From positions 3,112 to 67,111 of the forward strand of contig CAZRHK010000002.1 of the NCBI GenBank assembly GCA_964599815.1: a stretch of 64,000 bases of DNA, read 5' to 3'. The translations under genes and the position numbers were made by a program. This document shows, in pieces, positions 56,913 through 64,000 of the stretch (the first letter of the stretch is position 1; every line of letters starts with the position of its first letter). Under the pieces are notes generated by a model that worked only from the letters and a program-made list of their open reading frames with translations, had not been told where the DNA came from and made no database searches. The stretch comes from an uncultured Bifidobacterium sp. (GTDB lineage: Bacteria; Actinomycetota; Acidimicrobiia; Acidimicrobiales; Ilumatobacteraceae).

Positions 56913-57838
56913 GCTGCGGCAACCATTCGGGCAAGAGATGCCATCACTGTTGCGTCGTCGTTAACGCATGCGGTACGCGCAAAAGCGAGGCCGTGTTGGT
57001 CTGCACGGTGAGCGGCTTCGATATCGAGGTCGTACAAGACTTCAAGGTGGTCTGCCACAAATCCGCACGCAGACACCAAAACGCCGTCAATAGGTTCGTC
57101 GCTATCACGCGTAGTGCTGATGGAATCAATGACTTCAAGAATGTCTGGACCAATCCATGGCTCTGGCGTGCGACCTGCAGATTGCCATGCAATGGACCAT
57201 TGCGACCACCGTGTAAGACCGGCGCGCTCGGCAACAAGTTCTGCAGTTGCGCGCAGTTCCTCTGGGTATGGATCACCGCCGTCGATGATGCGTTGTGGCA
57301 GAGAGTGTGCGGTGAAGAGAACCTTGGTGCGCTCTGGGAGTGTTGCCAACTTCTTCTTCATGTCTTGTGCAAGAAACTCAATGAATTCATTGTTGCGTGC
57401 CCATGATTCAACTCCAGTGACCTCAATACCGTGAGGCGCTGCAGCTTCCCGAACGCGACCCATATATTGGCCAATGGAATACGACGAGAAGTGTGGCGCG
57501 AGAACAATTCCAACAATCTTCTTAAAACCTTGGGCGGCAACATCTGCAACAGCTTCTTCAACAAACGGCGTTGCGTGCTTCAGCCCGAGGAACACCTGGA
57601 AATGGCCTGGTTGAAGTGCATCAAGTTCGCGCTGTAACGCAGCGGCTTGATCTTCAGTGAGTTTTTTCAGAGGTGATAATCCACCAATTGCTTCGTAACG
57701 ATTGATGAGATCTTGCAACGCTTCCTCTGTTGGCGGACGACCACGTCGAATGTCTGTGTAATAAGGAAGAATCTCTTCTTTCGTACGAGGTGTTCCGTAG
57801 GCCATGACAACAACAGCGGTGCGGGTGGAATTACTCAT
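56909..57838 (-). CDS. hemH: Ferrochelatase (coproporphyrin ferrochelatase type, short form)
   Basis: 'AVVVMAYGTP', 'LFTAHSLP' and 'CGFVADHLEVLYDLD'. 309 aa with only two Cys in total. Confidence 0.9.
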   Translation of the reverse strand: MSNSTRTAVVVMAYGTPRTKEEILPYYTDIRRGRPPTEEALQDLINRYEAIGGLSPLKKLTEDQAAALQRELDALQPGHFQVFLGLKHATPFVEEAVADVAAQGFKKIVGIVLAPHFSSYSIGQYMGRVREAAAPHGIEVTGVESWARNNEFIEFLAQDMKKKLATLPERTKVLFTAHSLPQRIIDGGDPYPEELRATAELVAERAGLTRWSQWSIAWQSAGRTPEPWIGPDILEVIDSISTTRDSDEPIDGVLVSACGFVADHLEVLYDLDIEAAHRADQHGLAFARTACVNDDATVMASLARMVAAA

Positions 57839-58872
57839 GAGTGTCCTCCAGAGTGAACGAAGTCAACGACTGCGTGCAAGACATCGGGGTTGGTGTCTGG
57901 CTGTACACCGTGACCTAGGTTGAAAATGTGTCCAGGGTGACCGGCGTTATCTGCAAGCACCTCGCGCGCGCCAGCTAATGCAATGTCTGTGCCGGCCAGG
58001 ACTAGCGCAGGGTCAAGATTTCCTTGCACCACGGTGTTTGCACCAAGTCGACGGCGCGCATCTTGAATTGATGTGCGCCAATCGAGACCAATGATCGCGT
58101 TACCAACGGAGTTCATTGATTCCAGTAAGTGGTCGCAACCAATTCCGAAGTGAATACCGCGCACGCCAGGGTGACGTTGCGCCAATTCTGCGAAGACAGC
58201 TTCGGTGTGTGGTTTGACGAAAGTGTCGTAATCGCGTCGCGACAGTGCACCCGCCCATGAGTCAAAAACTTGGAATGCTTCAGCGCCGTGAGATAACTGA
58301 GCCGAAATGAATGTGATGGAGTGTTGCACCAAGCGACTCATGATGTCATTCCACAATTGTGTGTCTTCATGCATCAACCGTTTGGTGTTTTGATAGGTAC
58401 GGCTGGGTCGACCTTCAATGAGATAACTGGCAACAGTAAATGGCGCACCCGCAAACGCAAGCAGGGGAACGGTGAGTTCTTTGGTGAGGATGTCCACTGT
58501 TTTTGTCACGTAGTGAACATCGTCTTCCTCTAGAGGACGAAGGCGGGATAAGTCGTCGCGCGTACGAAGCGGCTGCGCTGCAACTGGGCCGGTTCCTGGT
58601 GCAACATCGATTCCAAATCCGACTGCATGCGGCGGCACCACAATGTCTGAGTACAACACGGCTGCATCAACGCCATAGCGACGAACTGGTTGCAATGTGA
58701 ATTCGGCAGCTAACTCTGGTTGCTTGATGGCTTCAAGAATGCTCCCGTCGCCACGAATTTTTTTGTATTCGGGCAAACTGCGGCCTGCTTGACGCATGAA
58801 CCACACGGGCGTGCGCGAGCCAGCGGTGCCGTTTGCGGCTGCGAGAAAGGGATCGCCCGGAAGACTTGTCAT
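57835..58872 (-). CDS. hemE: Uroporphyrinogen decarboxylase
   Basis: 'PVWFMRQAGRSLPEY', 'FDSWAG' and 'IFNLGHG' motifs. Confidence 0.95.
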   Translation of the reverse strand: MTSLPGDPFLAAANGTAGSRTPVWFMRQAGRSLPEYKKIRGDGSILEAIKQPELAAEFTLQPVRRYGVDAAVLYSDIVVPPHAVGFGIDVAPGTGPVAAQPLRTRDDLSRLRPLEEDDVHYVTKTVDILTKELTVPLLAFAGAPFTVASYLIEGRPSRTYQNTKRLMHEDTQLWNDIMSRLVQHSITFISAQLSHGAEAFQVFDSWAGALSRRDYDTFVKPHTEAVFAELAQRHPGVRGIHFGIGCDHLLESMNSVGNAIIGLDWRTSIQDARRRLGANTVVQGNLDPALVLAGTDIALAGAREVLADNAGHPGHIFNLGHGVQPDTNPDVLHAVVDFVHSGGHS

Positions 58873-58881
58873 ACCTATTGG

Positions 58882-59679
58882 TTACTTGTGATGAACCCGT
58901 CCGCGCAAAGCGGTGAAGGCCAAAGTGAAAGAAATCGCACCAACAATGGCGGATGCGAGGAACGCCTGACCAAGAGACGAGCCATTCCAGCCCTCCAAAA
59001 TCAGGCTTCGCATGCCTGCAAGGAGATAGGTGACGGGGTTGTAGTCAGCCGCCGTTGCCAGCCAGCCAGTCATTTGCTCTTGAGGAACATAGGCGGTGGT
59101 GAGAAACGCAAACGGGAAGAACAGCAAGAAGGCGTTGTTCACGGCAATGGGGTTACCGGTCTTCAATGCAATTGCATAGGGGAATCCGGTGAACGCCAAT
59201 CCCCATGCAACAGCCAGAGCCACAAAGACCACCATTCCAGCGATGCCAGTTTGAAAAGAGATTCCGATGAGAAGGCCAAGAATCAAAACTGGAATCGCAA
59301 GAATTGCCACCACCGCAAAGTCGGCAATCATGCAGCCCAACAGCAACGTTGCGCGGTTAACAGGGGTGAGAAGAAGGCGATCGAGATAACCATCTTGAAT
59401 GTCAATCACCAATGATCCGGCGCGCGAGATACCGGTGACCGCAAAGATGATGGAGACGGGCAACTGGAAGCCTTTGAAATCGAAACCTGGAGGAAGATTT
59501 CCTTCCACGAATGTTTGAAGTGAACCAATGTTCACAATGAGGAAGAACAATGGAACCATGAGGCCAGGGATGATGGCCTCTTTGTCTCGCACGGAAAGAC
59601 GAAGTGCGCGACGAGCCACTGACATTAAGTCATGTGTAAAACCAGCGCGACGCGCAAGGGCGGGAGTTGAAGCGGTCAT
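58882..59679 (-). CDS. ABC-2 type exporter permease
   Basis: 6-TM ABC-2 layout, 265 aa, with a 4-nt overlap with the upstream ATPase gene. Confidence 0.8.
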   Translation of the reverse strand: MTASTPALARRAGFTHDLMSVARRALRLSVRDKEAIIPGLMVPLFFLIVNIGSLQTFVEGNLPPGFDFKGFQLPVSIIFAVTGISRAGSLVIDIQDGYLDRLLLTPVNRATLLLGCMIADFAVVAILAIPVLILGLLIGISFQTGIAGMVVFVALAVAWGLAFTGFPYAIALKTGNPIAVNNAFLLFFPFAFLTTAYVPQEQMTGWLATAADYNPVTYLLAGMRSLILEGWNGSSLGQAFLASAIVGAISFTLAFTALRGRVHHK

Positions 59680-60629
59680 TGTGCGTCCTCTTGTTGCATA
59701 CGTGTACCAGTTGTTTCAAGGAAGACATCGTCCAACGTTGGCGTACGCATGGTGAGTTCGTTAACAGTGATCCCAGCACCACTTAACGCAACCGCGATAG
59801 GGCTAAGTGCTGCACCACCATTTGTGACACCAATAACGATGCTTTCACCTTTCACTTCTACGTGATCGAGCCCAGCAACAGCGTGTAACGCTTGAGCCGC
59901 GCGTGCTGCATCTGCTTCTGAAACCTTCGCAATGATGACATCTGCACCAATAGAACGCTTCAGATCTGCTGGCGTACCTTCTGCCACAATGCGGCCCTTC
60001 GCAATGATGCCCACTCGGTGAGCGAGTTCATCTGCCTCTTCGAGGTATTGCGTTGTTAAGAAAATGGTCATACCCATTTCTTCGTTGAGTTTGCGAACCT
60101 CTGCCCACACGGCCGCACGACTCACCGGGTCAAGCCCGGTAGTTGGTTCATCGAGAAAGAGAACTTCTGGTTGATGCACAAGTGATGCAGCAAGATCGAG
60201 ACGACGCTTCATGCCACCGGAATATGTAGAGACCAAATCGTCAATGGCGGTGCCAATGTTGACAAGGCCGAGAAGATGTTCAATTCGTTCTTTACGGTGC
60301 GCGGCAGTGAGGCCATACAGACGGCCTTGCATGTCCAGAATTTCTCGGCCAGTTTGCTTGAGGTCTAATGCTGCATCTTGGAGCGCAACACCAATTCGTA
60401 AACGAACATTTTCGGTGTCTTGAACAACATCAAATCCTGCAACTGTTGCGCTACCAGATGTTGGATTCAGCAATGTTGTCAGCATGCGAACGGTGGTTGA
60501 TTTACCGGCACCGTTCGGCCCGAGGAATCCGTAAATCTCGCCTTTATTGATGGAGAGATTTACTCCGTTGACTGCAACGTTGTCGCCGAATGATCGCACA
60601 AGGTTCTGTGCGGTAATGGCTGTGGTCAT
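59676..60629 (-). CDS. ABC transporter ATP-binding protein (DrrA-like)
   Basis: Walker A 'GPNGAGKST', signature 'YSGGMKRRL', Walker B 'LFLDEPT'. Start at the internal ATG at 60629 (MTTAITAQNL). Confidence 0.9.
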   Translation of the reverse strand: MTTAITAQNLVRSFGDNVAVNGVNLSINKGEIYGFLGPNGAGKSTTVRMLTTLLNPTSGSATVAGFDVVQDTENVRLRIGVALQDAALDLKQTGREILDMQGRLYGLTAAHRKERIEHLLGLVNIGTAIDDLVSTYSGGMKRRLDLAASLVHQPEVLFLDEPTTGLDPVSRAAVWAEVRKLNEEMGMTIFLTTQYLEEADELAHRVGIIAKGRIVAEGTPADLKRSIGADVIIAKVSEADAARAAQALHAVAGLDHVEVKGESIVIGVTNGGAALSPIAVALSGAGITVNELTMRTPTLDDVFLETTGTRMQQEDAQ

Positions 60630-60639
60630 TTCCCAAAGG

Positions 60640-61554
60640 CTATCGGGGGTTTCGTGGCGGATTTTTTCGCAGTTGAGCCTCAATACGTGCAACGCGAGTG
60701 CGTGCAGGCGGGTGTGCGGTCACAATTCTGTCGCGCCAGTGAGTTGCTCGCTCGCCATTGCCCGATGCAATCACGAGTCGTAGTGCATCTCGGAGTTCTT
60801 TGCCGAATCCCATTGCAACGACAGTTTCGTCAGCCTTAAATTCGGCACCCTTCCCAGCGACGTTGCTAATGATCTGCGCAAGAGAAATCATGGATAAGAA
60901 CACCCACGACACAATGGTGAGTGCACCTGCAAGTGTTCTGCCAATAAATGATGCTCCGGCAGACTGGCGTGCGAATGTGTCTGTTGCAGCGTGTGCAATG
61001 TTCTGGAAAAAGAATCCAATGCGTGCCAAAACGATGATGGGAATACTGAGCCATTGACCAACTGTGAGCGCAATGGTGTGCATACCCATGTGGTGACTGA
61101 GTTCGTGCGCAAGTACTCCACTTAATTCATTGCGCGAAAGATTCTTGATGGCCCAACTGGACACAACAACAAGATGTCCTCCAGATGCAAATGCATTGAG
61201 ATCATCTGAATCAGTAACAGACAACACAAACTTGCCAACTGGAATGTGATTGGCCTGAGCGACGGGTCGCCACGCACTTTGCAATGCATCGTTTTCATCT
61301 CGCGTAGGTGTTCGTGCACCCAGAAGTCGCATGAGCACCACTCGCTGGGCTGGCCGAAGAAACAACAGTGCGCCACACGCGAACCAGGCCAACGCGAAAA
61401 GCGGAAAGGTGATGTTGAAGAAGAATTGAACAATCCACCAGAACGCCGCAATGGCCACCAGCCACGCTGGGAATAGGGCAACAACTGGTGCGATTGCGGC
61501 CACTGCATAGCCATCAATTCGACGTTGTCGTTGAAGGCGGTCGGAGCGTGGCAT
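60640..61554 (-). CDS. M48-family (HtpX-like) zinc metallopeptidase
   Basis: TM helices flank 'LAHELSHHMGMH' (HExxH), with further C-terminal TM helices. Confidence 0.8.
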   Translation of the reverse strand: MPRSDRLQRQRRIDGYAVAAIAPVVALFPAWLVAIAAFWWIVQFFFNITFPLFALAWFACGALLFLRPAQRVVLMRLLGARTPTRDENDALQSAWRPVAQANHIPVGKFVLSVTDSDDLNAFASGGHLVVVSSWAIKNLSRNELSGVLAHELSHHMGMHTIALTVGQWLSIPIIVLARIGFFFQNIAHAATDTFARQSAGASFIGRTLAGALTIVSWVFLSMISLAQIISNVAGKGAEFKADETVVAMGFGKELRDALRLVIASGNGERATHWRDRIVTAHPPARTRVARIEAQLRKNPPRNPR

Positions 61555-61662
61555 GAATCTCTAGTCCACCAGCAATAGAGGTAATGGTCAATGACCTGTT
61601 CTTTTGGCTTGGCGAGGGTCACATATACTCGGAACATTGGCTAGTTCGAGGAGGAACCCACG

Positions 61663-62421
61663 ATGCCCGCACCCACCATTCCAGGCGCAGAACCTTTTTC
61701 ACATCACGGCAACAGCGATGCCGGAGTCTTGGTCCTTCATGGGTTCACTGGAAACCCGGGGTCAATGCGTGGGTTGGCAGAAGCATGCGCCGCGGCCGGA
61801 TTTCATGTTGAACTACCGCAACTTGCAGGACACGGCACTGCCATGGAAGACATGATCCCTACTCGCTGGTCGCACTGGAGCGCCGATGCAGACGCCGCGT
61901 ACCAAACACTTGCTCAGCGTGCATCGAAGATTGTGGTGATGGGGTTGTCCATGGGTGGCGCACTCACGTTGTGGGTGGGTGCAGAACATCCAGAAGTAGT
62001 CGGACTTGTGTGCGTTAATCCTGCAACGCAACCACAGCCTGCCGAAGTAATGGGAATGTTGCGCGACATGATTGCCGCAGGCACAGAGGTAATGGATGGA
62101 ATCGGTTCAGACATTGCTGAGCCTGGCGTTGTTGAAACGGCGTATCCGGGAACACCGCTTGCAGCCTTGTTGTCATTCCAAGAAGACGGACTAATGCCCT
62201 TATCCCAGCGATATGCATCAATGAAGATGCCATTGCTGCTGTTCACATCGGTACAAGATCACGTGGTGAATCCCGCAGACAGTGACGCACTAGCTGCTTC
62301 ATATGGTGGCGCAGTAGAGCGTGTCATGTTGGAACGCAGTTACCACGTTGCCACGCAAGACTTTGACAAAGGAATCATCTTTGAAAAGTCGGTTGCATTC
62401 GCGCAACGCGTCACCGCATGA
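61663..62421 (+). CDS. Alpha/beta-hydrolase carboxylesterase / monoacylglycerol-lipase-like (Est30/YvaK type)
   Basis: 'GVLVLHGFTGNPGSMRGLA', nucleophile elbow 'GLSMGG', and 'D...H' near the C-terminus. GAGGAGG SD. Confidence 0.8.
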   Translation: MPAPTIPGAEPFSHHGNSDAGVLVLHGFTGNPGSMRGLAEACAAAGFHVELPQLAGHGTAMEDMIPTRWSHWSADADAAYQTLAQRASKIVVMGLSMGGALTLWVGAEHPEVVGLVCVNPATQPQPAEVMGMLRDMIAAGTEVMDGIGSDIAEPGVVETAYPGTPLAALLSFQEDGLMPLSQRYASMKMPLLLFTSVQDHVVNPADSDALAASYGGAVERVMLERSYHVATQDFDKGIIFEKSVAFAQRVTA

Positions 62422-63272
62422 TGTTGACATTGATGAACGCGGTGACATTCGCGTCAATACCAAGTCCGTCAACTGGCACGTTAAACATTGGGCCACTTCG
62501 ACTGAATGCATATGGACTCATGATTGCCATTGGCGTCATTGTTGCTGTGCGAATTGCTGGCAAACGTGCCGAGGCGCGTGGTGTTGCAACAATGGAAGAT
62601 TTCTCTTCCATTGCAACCTGGGCTGTCCCCGCTGGAATTATTGGTGCACGTGCGTATCACGTCATCACCGATGCGCAGCGCTTCTCGAACAACTGGGCGG
62701 ACGCATTCAAGATTTGGCAGGGTGGTCTTGGTATTTGGGGCGGCGTCTTCGCTGGCGTTCTGGTTGGTTACTGGAGAGCACGCGTACGCGGTGTAGACGG
62801 GCTGTGGATCCTCACGTGTGCAGCGCCAGCGATCCCTGTTGCTCAAGCCATTGGCCGGTGGGGAAACTGGTGGAATCAAGAGTTGTTTGGTCGCCCGACC
62901 GATCTTCCGTGGGCCCTCAGTGTTTCTGCTGATACTGCGCGAGATGCGGGATACGCGCCGGGCACCACATTCCATCCAACATTTTTGTATGAATCACTGG
63001 CATGTCTGCTCCTTGCCGCTGCATTGATTGCTGTGGAGAAGAAGTTTCAGCCTCGACGAGGTCGATTGATTGCGTGGTACGCAGCGGGCTACACAACATT
63101 CCGATTCTTCATTGAAGGAATTCGTATTGACGATGCACATAGCGCTGGTGGTTTGCGTCTAAACCAATGGGTCTCACTGGTTGTCTTTGCCGTATCCGTT
63201 GGCTGGTTGATTTTTGATGCTCGGCGTTCGCAAGGGGAGTCAGAACCGTCTACGGTCAGTACCCATGAGTGA
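62418..63272 (+). CDS. lgt: Prolipoprotein diacylglyceryl transferase
   Basis: 'GRWGNWWNQELFGRPT' and 'HPTFLYESL' signatures. ATGA overlap with the esterase gene. Confidence 0.93.
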   Translation: MMLTLMNAVTFASIPSPSTGTLNIGPLRLNAYGLMIAIGVIVAVRIAGKRAEARGVATMEDFSSIATWAVPAGIIGARAYHVITDAQRFSNNWADAFKIWQGGLGIWGGVFAGVLVGYWRARVRGVDGLWILTCAAPAIPVAQAIGRWGNWWNQELFGRPTDLPWALSVSADTARDAGYAPGTTFHPTFLYESLACLLLAAALIAVEKKFQPRRGRLIAWYAAGYTTFRFFIEGIRIDDAHSAGGLRLNQWVSLVVFAVSVGWLIFDARRSQGESEPSTVSTHE

Positions 63273-64000
63273 ATGTCTGTACGAAGTTCGTGAGCCAGGA
63301 ATCGGCCTCATTACCTTTAATCGTCCTGATCGTTTGAATGCATGGACAGCACGAATGGGTCATGAATACTTTGCTGCGCTGGATGCTGCAGTTTCAGACC
63401 CGAACGTGCGAGTCATTGTGGTGACTGGTGCAGGCAAGGGCTACTGCGCAGGTGCAGACATGGGAACTTTGCAAGGCATTCCGTCTCCTTCTGATGAATC
63501 ATCGTCAAATAGCGACAGCATTGTTGAAGGCCGCATGCAAGATGAGATCACTCGAATTTCAAAACCAGTCATTGCAGCAGTCAATGGTGCAGCTGCAGGT
63601 TTGGGCTTAGTGCAAGCCTTGATGTGCGACATTCGATTTGCAGCAGACACAGCAAAGTTCACGTGCGCATTCTCGAAGCGTGGTCTCATTGCTGAATATG
63701 GAATCTCATGGGTCTTGCCACGACTTGTTGGCCAAGCAAATGCTCTCGACCTTCTCATGTCCAGCCGAATTGTGTTGGCCGATGAAGCATTGTCTTTGGG
63801 AATGGTCAACAAAGTTGTTCCTGCCGCGCAACTTATGGATGTGGTCATGGCGTACGCCGCAGACCTTGCTCAGAATGTGTCGCCATCTTCTATGTCGGTC
63901 ATGAAGCGCCAGGTCTATGGCGACTACAACAAAGATGTCGCCACTGCCAGCAAAGATGCGTTGGTGCTCATGGGTCAATCATTTGGTCGCCCAGACTTCA
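63265..64000 (+). CDS. Enoyl-CoA hydratase/isomerase (crotonase) family protein, 3' end outside the window
   Basis: Not in the supplied ORF track because it has no stop inside the window. My own translation from the ATG at 63265 reads MSECLYEVREPGIGLITFNRPDRLNAW...VVTGAGKGYCAGADM...AAVNGAAAGLG...FSKRGLIAEYG. 8-nt overlap with lgt. Confidence 0.85.
   Translation, partial: MSECLYEVREPGIGLITFNRPDRLNAWTARMGHEYFAALDAAVSDPNVRVIVVTGAGKGYCAGADMGTLQGIPSPSDESSSNSDSIVEGRMQDEITRISKPVIAAVNGAAAGLGLVQALMCDIRFAADTAKFTCAFSKRGLIAEYGISWVLPRLVGQANALDLLMSSRIVLADEALSLGMVNKVVPAAQLMDVVMAYAADLAQNVSPSSMSVMKRQVYGDYNKDVATASKDALVLMGQSFGRPDF

Noticed and set aside
58720-59415. A 231-aa plus-strand ORF spanning the hemE / ABC-2 permease junction.
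   Set aside because: It is antisense to two confidently assigned genes. Its composition (Gly/Arg/Lys/Cys/His-rich) is not protein-like, and it has no motif.
1-64000. Screened for tRNA/rRNA genes, CRISPR arrays, transposases, integrases, phage genes, toxin-antitoxin pairs and known defence-system signatures.
   Set aside because: None was recognised. Every gap over 100 nt was inspected and contains only terminators, promoter-like AT-rich sequence or the pstS repeats. The window looks like conserved core chromosome rather than an accessory island.

Overview
The window is a gene-dense stretch of chromosomal core genome, with roughly 70 genes, very short intergenic gaps and many 1-8 nt start/stop overlaps. 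By eye the GC content is moderate. It most likely comes from a streamlined member of the Actinomycetota. Supporting markers are two WhiB-family regulators, a SenX3/RegX3-type Pho two-component system, the coproporphyrin-type hemE-hemH-hemY set, a type-B diheme succinate dehydrogenase, and the pcrA ... sucCD-purH ... 'Mg-chelatase-like ATPase + VWA protein' synteny recalled from mycobacteria. The presence of mreB hints at a non-mycolate lineage such as Acidimicrobiia, but that is inference only. Recognisable content falls into six groups. (1) Nucleotide and C1 metabolism: guaA, purH, metF, a formimidoyltransferase. (2) TCA cycle and energy: a B12-binding mutase subunit, sucCD, mdh, sdhCAB, and a K+-independent H+-pyrophosphatase. 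(3) A ferredoxin/P450 pair, and pcrA. (4) A complete co-linear phosphate block, pstSCAB-phoU-senX3-regX3, with phased PHO-box-like repeats upstream of pstS. (5) Envelope functions: an NlpC/P60 hydrolase, an OafA-type acyltransferase, lgt, an Lnt-family protein, a sortase, tatA, mreB. (6) An 11-gene co-directional minus-strand run covering an M48 peptidase, an ABC-2 exporter, hemE-hemH-hemY, the sortase, the Lnt-like protein, and GT4-methyltransferase-toroid protein. I found no tRNA, rRNA, CRISPR array, transposase, integrase, prophage or recognisable defence genes. The items most worth a second look are these. (a) A GT4 + two SAM methyltransferases + (alpha/alpha)-toroid module that resembles the mycobacterial methylmannose-polysaccharide cluster. 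(b) An Lnt homologue whose catalytic Cys is replaced by Ser and which is translationally coupled to a sortase. (c) The conserved actinobacterial AAA+/VWA pair, here split by an antisense minimal adenylate cyclase. (d) An orphan mreB coupled to a 68-aa membrane protein. All functional calls rest on motif recognition in the supplied translations. No database search was possible.
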